Positions 17,743 to 26,542 of a stretch of DNA of 64,000 nt are shown here, in pieces. The number at the start of each line of letters is the position of its first letter. Positions within the stretch are counted from its first letter, which is position 1. The position numbers and the translations under genes are program-made. The notes under the pieces were generated by a model that was given only the letters and a program-made list of their open reading frames with translations, made no database searches and had not been told where the DNA came from. The DNA comes from Thermoproteota archaeon (GTDB lineage: Archaea; Korarchaeota; Korarchaeia; Korarchaeales; Korarchaeaceae): contig JAOZFH010000025.1 of assembly GCA_027491415.1 (NCBI GenBank), forward strand, positions 19,974 through 83,973, given 5' to 3'.

Positions 17743-18561
17743 CTACCCAAATCCCCCGGCGGCGGGCGCGAACCTGAAGTTCAGGGGGTCTAGGAAGTAC
17801 TTGGGCACGATCGGACTCAGAGGGTACTTCAGGGCGAGCCACCCCTGGAAGATCATGATGGCGGCCGTCGCCCAGGCAGAGTTCTCCCTCTCCAGACCTA
17901 CCGAGTACCTGAAGGCCCTGTAGATCAGGAACGCCTCCCAGACGAGGAAGGCCGCGCCAACGATGGCCGAAGTGGTGAGATCGAAGGAGTAGTATCTTTG
18001 AAGGTCGCTTAGAGTTTTGACTGAGAGTTCTTGGAGGAGCTTCGGCGAATAGGCCACGCTGAGATCGTATAGGATCACAAGGTTCCCGACCGTCAGGCGC
18101 TTCGCCGCGACTAGGGCGACCGCCCTGAGGGCCTCGGGCACCAAGACGGGGCTGGTGGCCATGACGGCCGCAGATAGGGGAAGATCTCGCCCCATTCTGC
18201 GCGCCACGTACGAGGCCAGGGCCCCCCTCACGACCATCAGGAGCCCCATCAGGGCCGGAATGATGAACGCGCTGGCGACCGCCTGGAGGGTCATGGCCCT
18301 GTCGCTGTAGAAGATCACGTCGATGTTCGCCACCCAAGGCGGGAGGTTCGCCACCTCGTAGCGTATGCCCGAGTCCAAGGCGAGCTTAGACGCGAGCACT
18401 ACGACGGACTGCACGACCCACATCGAAACAAGGATTTTCAGGCTGGACGCCCGCCCTAGCTTGACGTAGAGTTCCTTGCTTCCGATGAAGGCCCCTCTCA
18501 GATACTCGCTGAACGTGTAGAAGGCCTCGGCTCCCAGCAGCCTCTCGCCCTCGGCATCCAC
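17743..18561 (-). CDS. Multi-pass membrane protein, possibly Yip1-like
   Basis: About five TM segments in a Yip1-like arrangement. Co-oriented downstream of the peptidase-like gene. Confidence 0.55.
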   Translation of the reverse strand: MDAEGERLLGAEAFYTFSEYLRGAFIGSKELYVKLGRASSLKILVSMWVVQSVVVLASKLALDSGIRYEVANLPPWVANIDVIFYSDRAMTLQAVASAFIIPALMGLLMVVRGALASYVARRMGRDLPLSAAVMATSPVLVPEALRAVALVAAKRLTVGNLVILYDLSVAYSPKLLQELSVKTLSDLQRYYSFDLTTSAIVGAAFLVWEAFLIYRAFRYSVGLERENSAWATAAIMIFQGWLALKYPLSPIVPKYFLDPLNFRFAPAAGGFG

Positions 18562-18592
18562 ACGGTGCCCAGAGACGATCGCGGAAAAAAGG

Positions 18593-20242
18593 TTAACGAT
18601 CAGTTCTGAACAGAATCCAAGCCCCCCTGAGGGGGTTGAAGTTCCAAATCAGGTCTTGCGAGCAGCTGAGGCACATCCACACTGGGTCGTACGAGTACCC
18701 CTCGTCCCTCAACACCGACTCCTTGAAGAAGGCCAGGGCCTCCAGAATGCCAGCCCTCCCGGCGCCGCCCGGGAGATAGTAGTCCGGGTAGGAGAGAGCA
18801 AAGGCGAGGAACTCGACTATTCGCGCGTACTCCCCGTCTATTAGCTGTCCCCTCGACGTGGTCGCTATGATCAGGGCCTGGCTGAGCCCCGATACCTCGC
18901 GCGCGAAGCCTTCGGCTTCGCAGCCGTTTACGAGGAGGACGAGCTTGCCGTAGCTCAGGTTGGCCAGCGCCCTCGATAGGTCCTCCGCAGTCAGGTTCCC
19001 AGGGGCGAGGTCGACCCAGTCCCACCCCGCGCCGTGGTGGGCGTCTATGACCACGAAGACGATGTCGTTCAGGTCCGACGGGAGGGAGGCGATGGCATGA
19101 AGGGCCCTCTCCACGTCCTCCTCGGTCTGAATTATGAGGTCCGGGTAGATCAACCCGGCCGAGGGGGCCTTCCTCCTCCTCCCCCAGGGGACGTCGGACA
19201 TGTACATGCCGACTTGGAAGGGGCCAGCCCAGCCCCTGGAGAGGTGCGTCCAGTACAGGGCCGTGGCGTCGAGTCCCTCCTCGGTTCGGAGGGACGTCTG
19301 GCTGACGATGAGGAGTATGCTGTCCTCGCCGTAGCCGTGCCTCTTCGCGAGGTGGTAGAGCATGAGAGAGCCGCCGGCCCCTATCCTGCCTCCCTGAATT
19401 ATCACGAGATACCTCTGGGACCTCCCGTAGAGCGCGTTAAGTCTAGGATTGTCCAGATCGTTCATGGGATCAGTTCCAGCCTCCAGCTCCTCAAGGTTGG
19501 AGAAGCCATCCGAGTCCGCATCTCCGCGCAGGACCTCACCTCCCAACAGGCCCGACTGGCACAGGTCCACGACGTAGTAGAAGGGGAGCGCCTCCAAGGA
19601 GAGTAGAGCGGATGTCTCTCCGTCGTCGACCACCCCGTCGCTCAACACGGCATCCACAAGCCTCGAAACGCAGCCGCGCGTCTCTTCCACCGTGAATAGT
19701 CTAGAGTATTCTGGAGGAGGTCCGCGCAGGATACCCTCCACGACCCTGACAAGGGCCCACTCTCCTTCCTCCATCCTCCCGTCTGCCTCGAGCCGAGACA
19801 GCATTCGATAGACCCACCTCTCCATCCCCGTGCGGATGGCGTAGGATAGGAGGGGGCTGGCCGACAGCGGGTTGCCACCCCAGCTGAACTCGTCCCCGTC
19901 GCAGATCCCATCTCCATCCGTGTCCCAGAGTACGGGAGAGGTTCCAATCTTCACTTCGAAGCCGTCCATCAGCCCGTCTAGGTCCGTGTCGAACTTTCCC
20001 ACCTTTGTCTTGTAGACCAGCTCCTCCAGCGCGTCGGCGAGCATGTCGTCATCTCTGTCCACCAGACCGAACGTGAGTGTGGTCAGGCTTCCCAGCTGGC
20101 TCAGCAGGAGCGCAAATGACAGGAGAGCACTTAGTCTCTTGGCCCTCGTCCTCCAGCGGATCAACCTCAGCGCGCTCAGAAGGCATGGGGGTGAACATAA
20201 CGGTTTGCCCCCGACCAAATCGGTCCTCCTGGCCTGATTCAA
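18593..20242 (-). CDS. Membrane-anchored protein with DxDxDG Ca-binding repeats and a C13/caspase-fold peptidase domain
   Basis: N-terminal TM, DTDLDGLMDGFE, DTDGDGICDGDE, DADSDGFSNLEE, then IVFVVIDAHHGAG...LVLLVNGCEAEGF (His-Gly/Cys dyad). Start position uncertain. Confidence 0.7.
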   Translation of the reverse strand: MNQARRTDLVGGKPLCSPPCLLSALRLIRWRTRAKRLSALLSFALLLSQLGSLTTLTFGLVDRDDDMLADALEELVYKTKVGKFDTDLDGLMDGFEVKIGTSPVLWDTDGDGICDGDEFSWGGNPLSASPLLSYAIRTGMERWVYRMLSRLEADGRMEEGEWALVRVVEGILRGPPPEYSRLFTVEETRGCVSRLVDAVLSDGVVDDGETSALLSLEALPFYYVVDLCQSGLLGGEVLRGDADSDGFSNLEELEAGTDPMNDLDNPRLNALYGRSQRYLVIIQGGRIGAGGSLMLYHLAKRHGYGEDSILLIVSQTSLRTEEGLDATALYWTHLSRGWAGPFQVGMYMSDVPWGRRRKAPSAGLIYPDLIIQTEEDVERALHAIASLPSDLNDIVFVVIDAHHGAGWDWVDLAPGNLTAEDLSRALANLSYGKLVLLVNGCEAEGFAREVSGLSQALIIATTSRGQLIDGEYARIVEFLAFALSYPDYYLPGGAGRAGILEALAFFKESVLRDEGYSYDPVWMCLSCSQDLIWNFNPLRGAWILFRTDR

Positions 20243-20388
20243 CGAACTCGCGCGGGCCCCAGGGTGGGCGATCCCACAACCTGCCTCTAGGGCCCCCCGG
20301 GCGACGCCGTGGTCAGGTGCCAGTTGAAAGCCTCCTTTATACAGGAAGGGACGTCTCGAGGATGTAGGGTAGGTGTTGATTCCTGACT

Positions 20389-20411
20389 AAAATCTTTAAT
20401 TAATTGATAAA
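20389..20411 (+). promoter_or_regulatory. AT-rich promoter of the membrane protein-longin-GTPase operon
   Basis: aaaatctttaattaattgataaa, containing the palindrome ttaattaa, 35-50 nt upstream of 20443. Confidence 0.55.
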
Positions 20412-20442
20412 GCAGAACGTTTGAAGTACTCTCTTAGCTCTG

Positions 20443-21054
20443 GTGTGGTTCATGTCGGGCTTGAGCTTGTTGGGGAGGGTGGTGGCTTGGGAGTTCCTAG
20501 TGGCAGCCGCCGCCTATCTGCTAATGGCCGTCACAACCGGTCTCTCACCTAAGAAGTCCCCGCAGGTGGGATTCTTTGCACTCGGCTTTGCCTTTCTGTC
20601 GCTGGCCATGGCCGCCAGGTTCGTCTCCCTGTTCCTCCCCCCCGCCGTCAGGTGGAAGCTGACAATACCCTCTGGGGCCCTGGTCTTCATGTCGGCTTCG
20701 GCCCTCCTCAGCGGGTTCACCAGGCCCTCGTCAAGGCCGATTGCCGAGGCTGGGGTGATCGTTGCCGGGGCCGCGGTACTTGCAGTGGTTGGCAACGATC
20801 CCTCCGGCTTGTCCCTGATTGAGTTCTGCTACGGCCTCGTATTCTTCATCCTGTTCGCCCTGTCGGCCCGGGTTTACTCAAAGTCCGGCTTGTCCACCCA
20901 CCTCTTTCTAGCCCTGGGGCTTTTGCTGATTGGCCTGTCAGGCCTGTTGCCCGCGATCACCCTTCCGTTCCTGTCTCACGCTCGTCTCCTCTTGTCGGCC
21001 TCTCTTCACCTGGGCGCCGCCGTGTCATTCGTGTGGGCGCTCGCGGGGGTCTGA
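20443..21054 (+). CDS. Multi-pass (about 7 TM) membrane protein, putative sensor
   Basis: Almost entirely hydrophobic, with an internally repeated ALGF/ALGL motif after basic loops. Confidence 0.75.
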   Translation: MWFMSGLSLLGRVVAWEFLVAAAAYLLMAVTTGLSPKKSPQVGFFALGFAFLSLAMAARFVSLFLPPAVRWKLTIPSGALVFMSASALLSGFTRPSSRPIAEAGVIVAGAAVLAVVGNDPSGLSLIEFCYGLVFFILFALSARVYSKSGLSTHLFLALGLLLIGLSGLLPAITLPFLSHARLLLSASLHLGAAVSFVWALAGV

Positions 21055-21056
21055 GA

Positions 21057-21473
21057 ATGGGCCTGAGGGACGTCTACGTCTTCGAGGATCGCACGGGTAG
21101 GCTGGTGTTTGCCAAGTCGTACGGGAGTCTCAGGGGGGACGAGGATCTCATTTCAGGGTTCCTGTCCTCGATTCAAAACTTCCTCGCCGAGGTCGCGGAG
21201 GACGAGATAAAAGAAATCTCGGGAAGGAGGTTCAGGTTCCTGTTTAAGAGGGCGGGAGACTGCGTTGTTTGCGTCGTCGTTGACGGTAGCGAGGGCTCCG
21301 AGTCGTCCAAGAGGCTGCTGGACAGTGTTGCCAAGGCCTTCTTGAAGGCCAGCAGGGTGACCGGCCTCAGGCGGCTGGATCAGTTCGAGAAGAAGTGTGA
21401 CGAGATAGCGGAGAGCTGGGGGAAGCTGGTCAGATGGAGTGAGGCCCTAGACCAGCTCGATGAATGGGGGTGA
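21057..21473 (+). CDS. Longin-domain protein
   Basis: VYVF..TGRLVFAKSY...DEDLISGFLSSIQNFLAEV..EIKEI....RFLF.....VVCVVVD gives the bb-a-bbb-aa longin pattern. Confidence 0.8.
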   Translation: MGLRDVYVFEDRTGRLVFAKSYGSLRGDEDLISGFLSSIQNFLAEVAEDEIKEISGRRFRFLFKRAGDCVVCVVVDGSEGSESSKRLLDSVAKAFLKASRVTGLRRLDQFEKKCDEIAESWGKLVRWSEALDQLDEWG

Positions 21474-22177
21474 GACCCCTGGGCCTCAGCGCCATAGAAC
21501 TCCTCGAGTCCCTCCCACCAGAGCTCGTCTCAGCGGTTACGGAGGCTCTCAAATCACTCGGCCTCTCCCCCGGGGATCCGCTGGACGACGATCACCTCAC
21601 GAAGATTTTCAGGGAAGTCTCCCGGTCTCTCGGCAAGGCGAGAGCTTACCAGGCGTTCCGCGAGGCGGGCGTGGTGAGGGGGATCACCAGGGCGAAGGCC
21701 TTCGTGGTGGGAGACGCCGCGGTGGGGAAGACGACGTTCTGCGTCAAGCTGGCGACGGGAAGGTTCAAAGAGGAGTACAAGGTGACGGTCGGGGTCGACT
21801 TCTACACGCTCGACCTGATAAGCGGTGGCAGGCTTGTGAAGCTGGTGCTCTGGGATCTAGCAGGCCAGGAGAGGTTCGGCCTGGTGAGACCGAACTTCTA
21901 CGCCGGATCCTGCGGGGGTTTCATTGCATTCGCCTTGGACAGGCCCGAGACCCTTCGCAGCGTGCCGGGGTGGGTCAGGGAGATAGAGGAGAACGTGGGA
22001 AGGAAGGTTCCGGCCGTTCTGATCGGCACCAAGCTGGACCTCTCCCCAAGTCTTCCCGAGGCCTCGAACATCGCCGAGGAACTGGACCTGGTGGGCTACG
22101 TGCCCGTGAGCTCGAAGACCGGGGAGAACCTCATGAGAGCCGTCAGGACGCTCATTTCGGCCTGCGTCAACATCTAG
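21464..22177 (+). CDS. Rab-like small GTPase with an N-terminal helical extension of about 72 aa
   Basis: G1 GDAAVGKT, G2 YKVTVGVDF, G3 WDLAGQERF, G4 TKLD, G5 SSK. Confidence 0.92.
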   Translation: MGVRPLGLSAIELLESLPPELVSAVTEALKSLGLSPGDPLDDDHLTKIFREVSRSLGKARAYQAFREAGVVRGITRAKAFVVGDAAVGKTTFCVKLATGRFKEEYKVTVGVDFYTLDLISGGRLVKLVLWDLAGQERFGLVRPNFYAGSCGGFIAFALDRPETLRSVPGWVREIEENVGRKVPAVLIGTKLDLSPSLPEASNIAEELDLVGYVPVSSKTGENLMRAVRTLISACVNI

Positions 22178-22178
22178 A

Positions 22179-23477
22179 TTACTTTCTCCTCCTTTCCTCG
22201 ACGAATAGTGCGAACACCGCCAGGGCGGCCATGCCTATAGCAGATCCTATCCAGAAGGAGACCGAGATGCCCGGCAGGACGGCCCCCAGGATGTGGATCT
22301 CCCTACCTTGGCAGGACCTGTAGAGGTACCCGCCCAGTATCGGACCGATCACGGCTCCGACGTTGAAGGCAGCTTGCACGGTCCCGAATACCTTACCCCT
22401 CATGCTCTCGGGTACTAGGTCTGCCTGCAGAGCCCTCATGACCGGCTGAAAGGAGTTGAACGCCACGGACCTAGCGGTAGCCAGCGCGGTGAGATCCCTC
22501 ACACTCTTGGCTATTGGGATCAGGGCCGTCATGACCCTAGAGGCGAAGCCCCCCGCTATCACTATGGCCTTCCTGCCCACGGCGTCCGAGAGCCTCCCAG
22601 CTGGGTATGCCGCGAGCATCCCCACCAGCCCAGAGATTGTGGTGATCGCGGCCAACGCGGCCGGGTCTGCGTCAACGTACTGGACAACGAACAGCCCCAT
22701 CAGGGGCCCCGAGAACCCCATGGCTATTCCGTTCGCCACGGCCATGAGGTAAATCGCGTTTATGCTCCTCCGGACGGAGGGATCGACCTCCCGATCCTCC
22801 GACTCCCCTCCCTGAGACGACGGAAGGATCTCACTCCTTGGCTCGACGCGTGGTTCCTTGAGCAGGAGGGCTGCGGGGAGCCCGAGCAGGGAGAAAAGTG
22901 TCAAGAAGAGGAAGGGAAACTTGAGGGCCCTCTCGACGTCTCTGATTCCCAAGTAGAAGACTCCGAACTTGTAGGCCGTCACCCCGAGGGCCGGGCCGGT
23001 GATGAACGCCAGGTTGGTCGCGACCATATACACCGCCATGGCCCTCCCCCTCCTCTCGCTCCCCGTTGAGTCCATCAGGAGGGCCTCGGCCACCGGCCAG
23101 ACCATGGCTGAGGCGACTCCCTGAAGGCCCCTGATGAGGTAGAGCTGGTTGAGGCTGTTCGCCAGCAAGTATCCGAGGGAGAGGAGGACGTACATGATCG
23201 AACCAGACGCTATGAGCCTCTTCCTCCCAACCTTGTCGCTCAGGGATCCAAAGTATCGGGCCAGGAACGCCCTGGTCAGCATGAAGGCCGATATGAGGGT
23301 GCCATACTCCACCGCGTAGCTCCCCGCCCCGCCGATCGTTCCAAGGGTCTCCGGAAGCTCTCTAAGCTCTCCGACGAGATACAGCATGTAGTACGGTATT
23401 ATTCCCATGATGGCGCCGTAGCCTAGGCTGATGACGAACGCGAGCCAGGAGAGGAGTGTGAGATTTCGTCTGTACAA
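22179..23477 (-). CDS. MFS transporter
   Basis: GSLSDKVGRK and GRLSDAVGRK motifs, about 12 TM. Likely TTG start at 23477. Confidence 0.9.
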   Translation of the reverse strand: MYRRNLTLLSWLAFVISLGYGAIMGIIPYYMLYLVGELRELPETLGTIGGAGSYAVEYGTLISAFMLTRAFLARYFGSLSDKVGRKRLIASGSIMYVLLSLGYLLANSLNQLYLIRGLQGVASAMVWPVAEALLMDSTGSERRGRAMAVYMVATNLAFITGPALGVTAYKFGVFYLGIRDVERALKFPFLFLTLFSLLGLPAALLLKEPRVEPRSEILPSSQGGESEDREVDPSVRRSINAIYLMAVANGIAMGFSGPLMGLFVVQYVDADPAALAAITTISGLVGMLAAYPAGRLSDAVGRKAIVIAGGFASRVMTALIPIAKSVRDLTALATARSVAFNSFQPVMRALQADLVPESMRGKVFGTVQAAFNVGAVIGPILGGYLYRSCQGREIHILGAVLPGISVSFWIGSAIGMAALAVFALFVEERRRK

Positions 23478-23780
23478 GCTCGCGGGCCCTTCTGAACGGG
23501 AGTTAATATTTCTTACTGAACTTGACCCAGCGGACGGCCTGCGGACCCCGGGACGCGCTTTAACTGAGATGAATCCGCGACTATATGGAGTCATATCAGA
23601 TCAATACTCTCCATTTTCGAATCGAGCGGTTCAGCACCCCCTGACTTTGGGTGAATTCCGGATCAAACCGGGGCGCCGGACCTAGGGGCACCTTCTGCCT
23701 ATTTCAGGCGATTTGTTTAAGAAGTTTTTCTAGGGTAGTTTATATAGTGAAAAGAGGTAAGCACACGTGAAGTAATCGGA

Positions 23781-25118
23781 ATGAGTGAGGAAGGCGAGGT
23801 TGCGGGCGCGCCCCGCAGGTTGAGTCTCGGGGTAGACCCGCTTGACTTGTTGTTGGATGGGGTTCAGCCTGGATCGATCCTAACAATGTTAGGGCCGCCA
23901 GGATCTGGGGCGAGCACACTTGCTGTGGAATTTCTGCTAAAAGACGTCGCAAGGGGGGAGAGGGCCGCGGTTCTCCTGACCACGCGGAGAACCTGGGAGC
24001 TCCTGAGGATCGCCGAGGCCTACGGGCAGGAACTGAAGAAGGGGCTGGACGGCAGACTGATCAAGGTCGTGGAGATCGAAAACCCGTTCGCTCAGAGCGA
24101 GGTGAACGAGTCCCTGGTCGAGTTCTTCACGGCCCTCGAGGAGTTCAAGCCGAGCCGCGTCTACGTAGACGTGATAGACCCCCTCCTAGTGACCCTCGGA
24201 CGAAGGGGTCTGATGTCGGGGCTCATAGGGCCACTGATCGAACTCTCCCGCAGAAAGAAGCTTCTGACGCTCATCAGATGTGCGACGCCTAGGACGTACT
24301 CTCTCCTCTCCCAGTTCTCGACGGGGGCCTTTAGACTGGAGTGGAGCCCCGAGACGAGGGAGGGGGGTAGCCTGAGGAAGCTTGTGCTGGACAACCTCCG
24401 CGACATCCCGCACCTAGAGTCCTCGACCGAGTTTAAGTTAATTCCAGGAGACGGGATAAGGGCGATAAGGCCCGGAGAACTCCCTGAGTGGCTGGAGCGA
24501 ATCCCCTCGGGACTCCCGGATCTGGACTCCGCCATCGGAGGTGGATACCCCTCGGGCTCGATGGTGCTGATCTCCGGCGGCCCTGGCTCCGGGAAGACCC
24601 TCCTCGCCCTCAAGTCCTCCGCGATTCTATCCAGTCGAGAACTGCGGGCTCTCTTCGTCAGCTTCGCGGAAGGTTCAGAGGACATCCTCAGGAGGGTCCG
24701 ATCCATTGGAAACGAGGTGACCGACTTCAGGGCCGTGGGAGCTGATCCCTCCATCGGATCCGTTGCGAGGCACATTCAGGAGCTGAAGGGGGCTCTCACT
24801 GAGCACAGCCCAGACGTCGTGGTCGTGGACGCCTTGGAACTCATGGTCTCCCTGCTGGACAGGTGGGAGGAGGGCCTGAGGTACCTGAGATTTCTGAGGG
24901 GGTGGGTCAGGGATTCAAAGGGACTGGCAGTCGTGTCGACGGGTAAGAATCCCTTGGTGGAGCTTGCCAGCCCATTGTTCGACGTCTCGCTGGAGCTGGA
25001 GGTCCTAGAGGTGGGCGACCGCCTAGTGAGGACGCTTAAGGTCCGGAAGGTGTCCTACGGTGGTGGGTCGGCGAGGAGGATACCCCTCTCCAGCTTAGAC
25101 GGGTCAGGCTCGAGGTAG
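23781..25118 (+). CDS. KaiC/RAD55-like double-domain ATPase with a degenerate N-domain
   Basis: N-domain Walker A GPPGSGAST lacks the Lys. C-domain has GGPGSGKT and VVVVD. Confidence 0.85.
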   Translation: MSEEGEVAGAPRRLSLGVDPLDLLLDGVQPGSILTMLGPPGSGASTLAVEFLLKDVARGERAAVLLTTRRTWELLRIAEAYGQELKKGLDGRLIKVVEIENPFAQSEVNESLVEFFTALEEFKPSRVYVDVIDPLLVTLGRRGLMSGLIGPLIELSRRKKLLTLIRCATPRTYSLLSQFSTGAFRLEWSPETREGGSLRKLVLDNLRDIPHLESSTEFKLIPGDGIRAIRPGELPEWLERIPSGLPDLDSAIGGGYPSGSMVLISGGPGSGKTLLALKSSAILSSRELRALFVSFAEGSEDILRRVRSIGNEVTDFRAVGADPSIGSVARHIQELKGALTEHSPDVVVVDALELMVSLLDRWEEGLRYLRFLRGWVRDSKGLAVVSTGKNPLVELASPLFDVSLELEVLEVGDRLVRTLKVRKVSYGGGSARRIPLSSLDGSGSR

Positions 25119-25158
25119 CCGATCAAACCTTTATCCTGATCCGGGCTAATGGCCGCAC

Positions 25159-25929
25159 GTGCTCGGAGATCGAATTCTAGGCGTGCTTGGTGGAATGGGG
25201 CCTGAGGCCACGGCGTACTTCATTTACCTGATTACGGAACTCACCCCCGCCGAGAGGGACCAAGACCACATCCCCATGGTGGTGATCAGCGACCCCAAGA
25301 TCCCAGACAGGAGCGAGGCCATCCTGAGCGGGGGTCCGAGCCCGGTGGGCAGGGCCCTCCAAGACCTCCGCATATTGGAGAGCCTGGGGGTGGAGCTGGT
25401 GGCGATCCCGTGCAACACGTTCTTCCACTTCTACGAGGAGGTTGCCCGGGGCACCCCCTTGGAGATAGTTCACATGCCCCGCCTGACGGCCGAGCTCCTC
25501 GCGGACGCCGGAGTTCGGGCGGTCGGCCTCTTGGGAACGACTGGACTAGTCAAGTCGGGTCTCTACCAGAGGCTCCTGACGGACAGGGGGGTAGAGGTGG
25601 TCCTTCCTGACGAGCAGACGCAGGCCGAGGTGATGAGGGCGATATACGAGATCAAGGCTGGCCGAAAGTCGGGAGCGAGGCTGGCCCTGATCCGCGCGTC
25701 CCGTAGGCTCTTGGATCGTGGAGCCCAGCTGATCGTCGAGGGCTGCACCGAGATCCCCCTCGTGCTCAGGGGCGAGCCCCTCCCCCTGCTGGATCCGATG
25801 GAGGTGATGGGTAGGGCGTGCGTGGACAGGTTCAAGGGCACGGCGCTGCTGACCGAGCTGAGGGCCCAGCTTGCGGAGGGAGACTCTCGATCGCCGACCA
25901 GAGGGCTCTCCGGTGCTCTTCCCCGATGA
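25159..25929 (+). CDS. Aspartate/glutamate racemase
   Basis: GGMGPEAT, DQDH, IPDRS, PCNT, GCTE. Confidence 0.93.
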   Translation: MLGDRILGVLGGMGPEATAYFIYLITELTPAERDQDHIPMVVISDPKIPDRSEAILSGGPSPVGRALQDLRILESLGVELVAIPCNTFFHFYEEVARGTPLEIVHMPRLTAELLADAGVRAVGLLGTTGLVKSGLYQRLLTDRGVEVVLPDEQTQAEVMRAIYEIKAGRKSGARLALIRASRRLLDRGAQLIVEGCTEIPLVLRGEPLPLLDPMEVMGRACVDRFKGTALLTELRAQLAEGDSRSPTRGLSGALPR

Positions 25930-26371
25930 AGGTCACCCTCTGGAGCCTGTCGGAGTAAACCTCGGGCACCTCTCGGGACTTGCAGCCAGGCCCTAGGGAT
26001 ATCGGGATGGTCTCGGCGAGGCTCCCCAGCTCCCTGGCCCCCCTCTCGGAGTAGGCGTCGCAGGCCATACCCACAACCGCGTCGGGCCTCAAGAGTTCCA
26101 CGATCTGAGCTACCTCGTCGTAGCTTACAACTATCTTGACAAGGACGTCGATCCCCAGCTCTCTCGCGCGGAGAGCCAGTCTCACGACGTCCCGAACGCC
26201 GCAACCCTCTTCCGCGCACAACTCGCCTAGGCAGATGGAGTTGAGCCTCCTGATGCCCCCGCGGGGATCCACTGCGGGACACTTGGGGGACTTAGCGCAG
26301 GCGGGAACCAGCACAAGTACCTTGGGCAGCGGAACCACCGCCGAATATCGGATTGAGAAGCGAAACTCCAT
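25832..26371 (-). CDS. DUF116 family Cys-rich protein
   Basis: VLVLVPAC...KCPA, C..C...C, PDAVVGMAC, PGC. Start uncertain. Confidence 0.75.
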   Translation of the reverse strand: MEFRFSIRYSAVVPLPKVLVLVPACAKSPKCPAVDPRGGIRRLNSICLGELCAEEGCGVRDVVRLALRARELGIDVLVKIVVSYDEVAQIVELLRPDAVVGMACDAYSERGARELGSLAETIPISLGPGCKSREVPEVYSDRLQRVTFIGEEHRRALWSAIESLPPQAGPSARSAAPCP

Positions 26372-26542
26372 GCCGACAGACGATTCTTTTCGTAGGCGTC
26401 TCAGCGCGCAGACTCCTCCTAACTTCGCGTGCTGCGCGCGGCGGGCGCCATGGAGTAGCGCCACTGTCTGCCTTTTTTTGGTTATGTGGGTCGGTGAGAG
26501 CAGCGACGCGGACGTCTCCAACCGCTCCAGGGGGCCCTTCCA

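Noticed and set aside
13500-25118. Circadian clock
   Set aside because: No KaiA or KaiB is present in the window, and the canonical EE and ST sites are not preserved.
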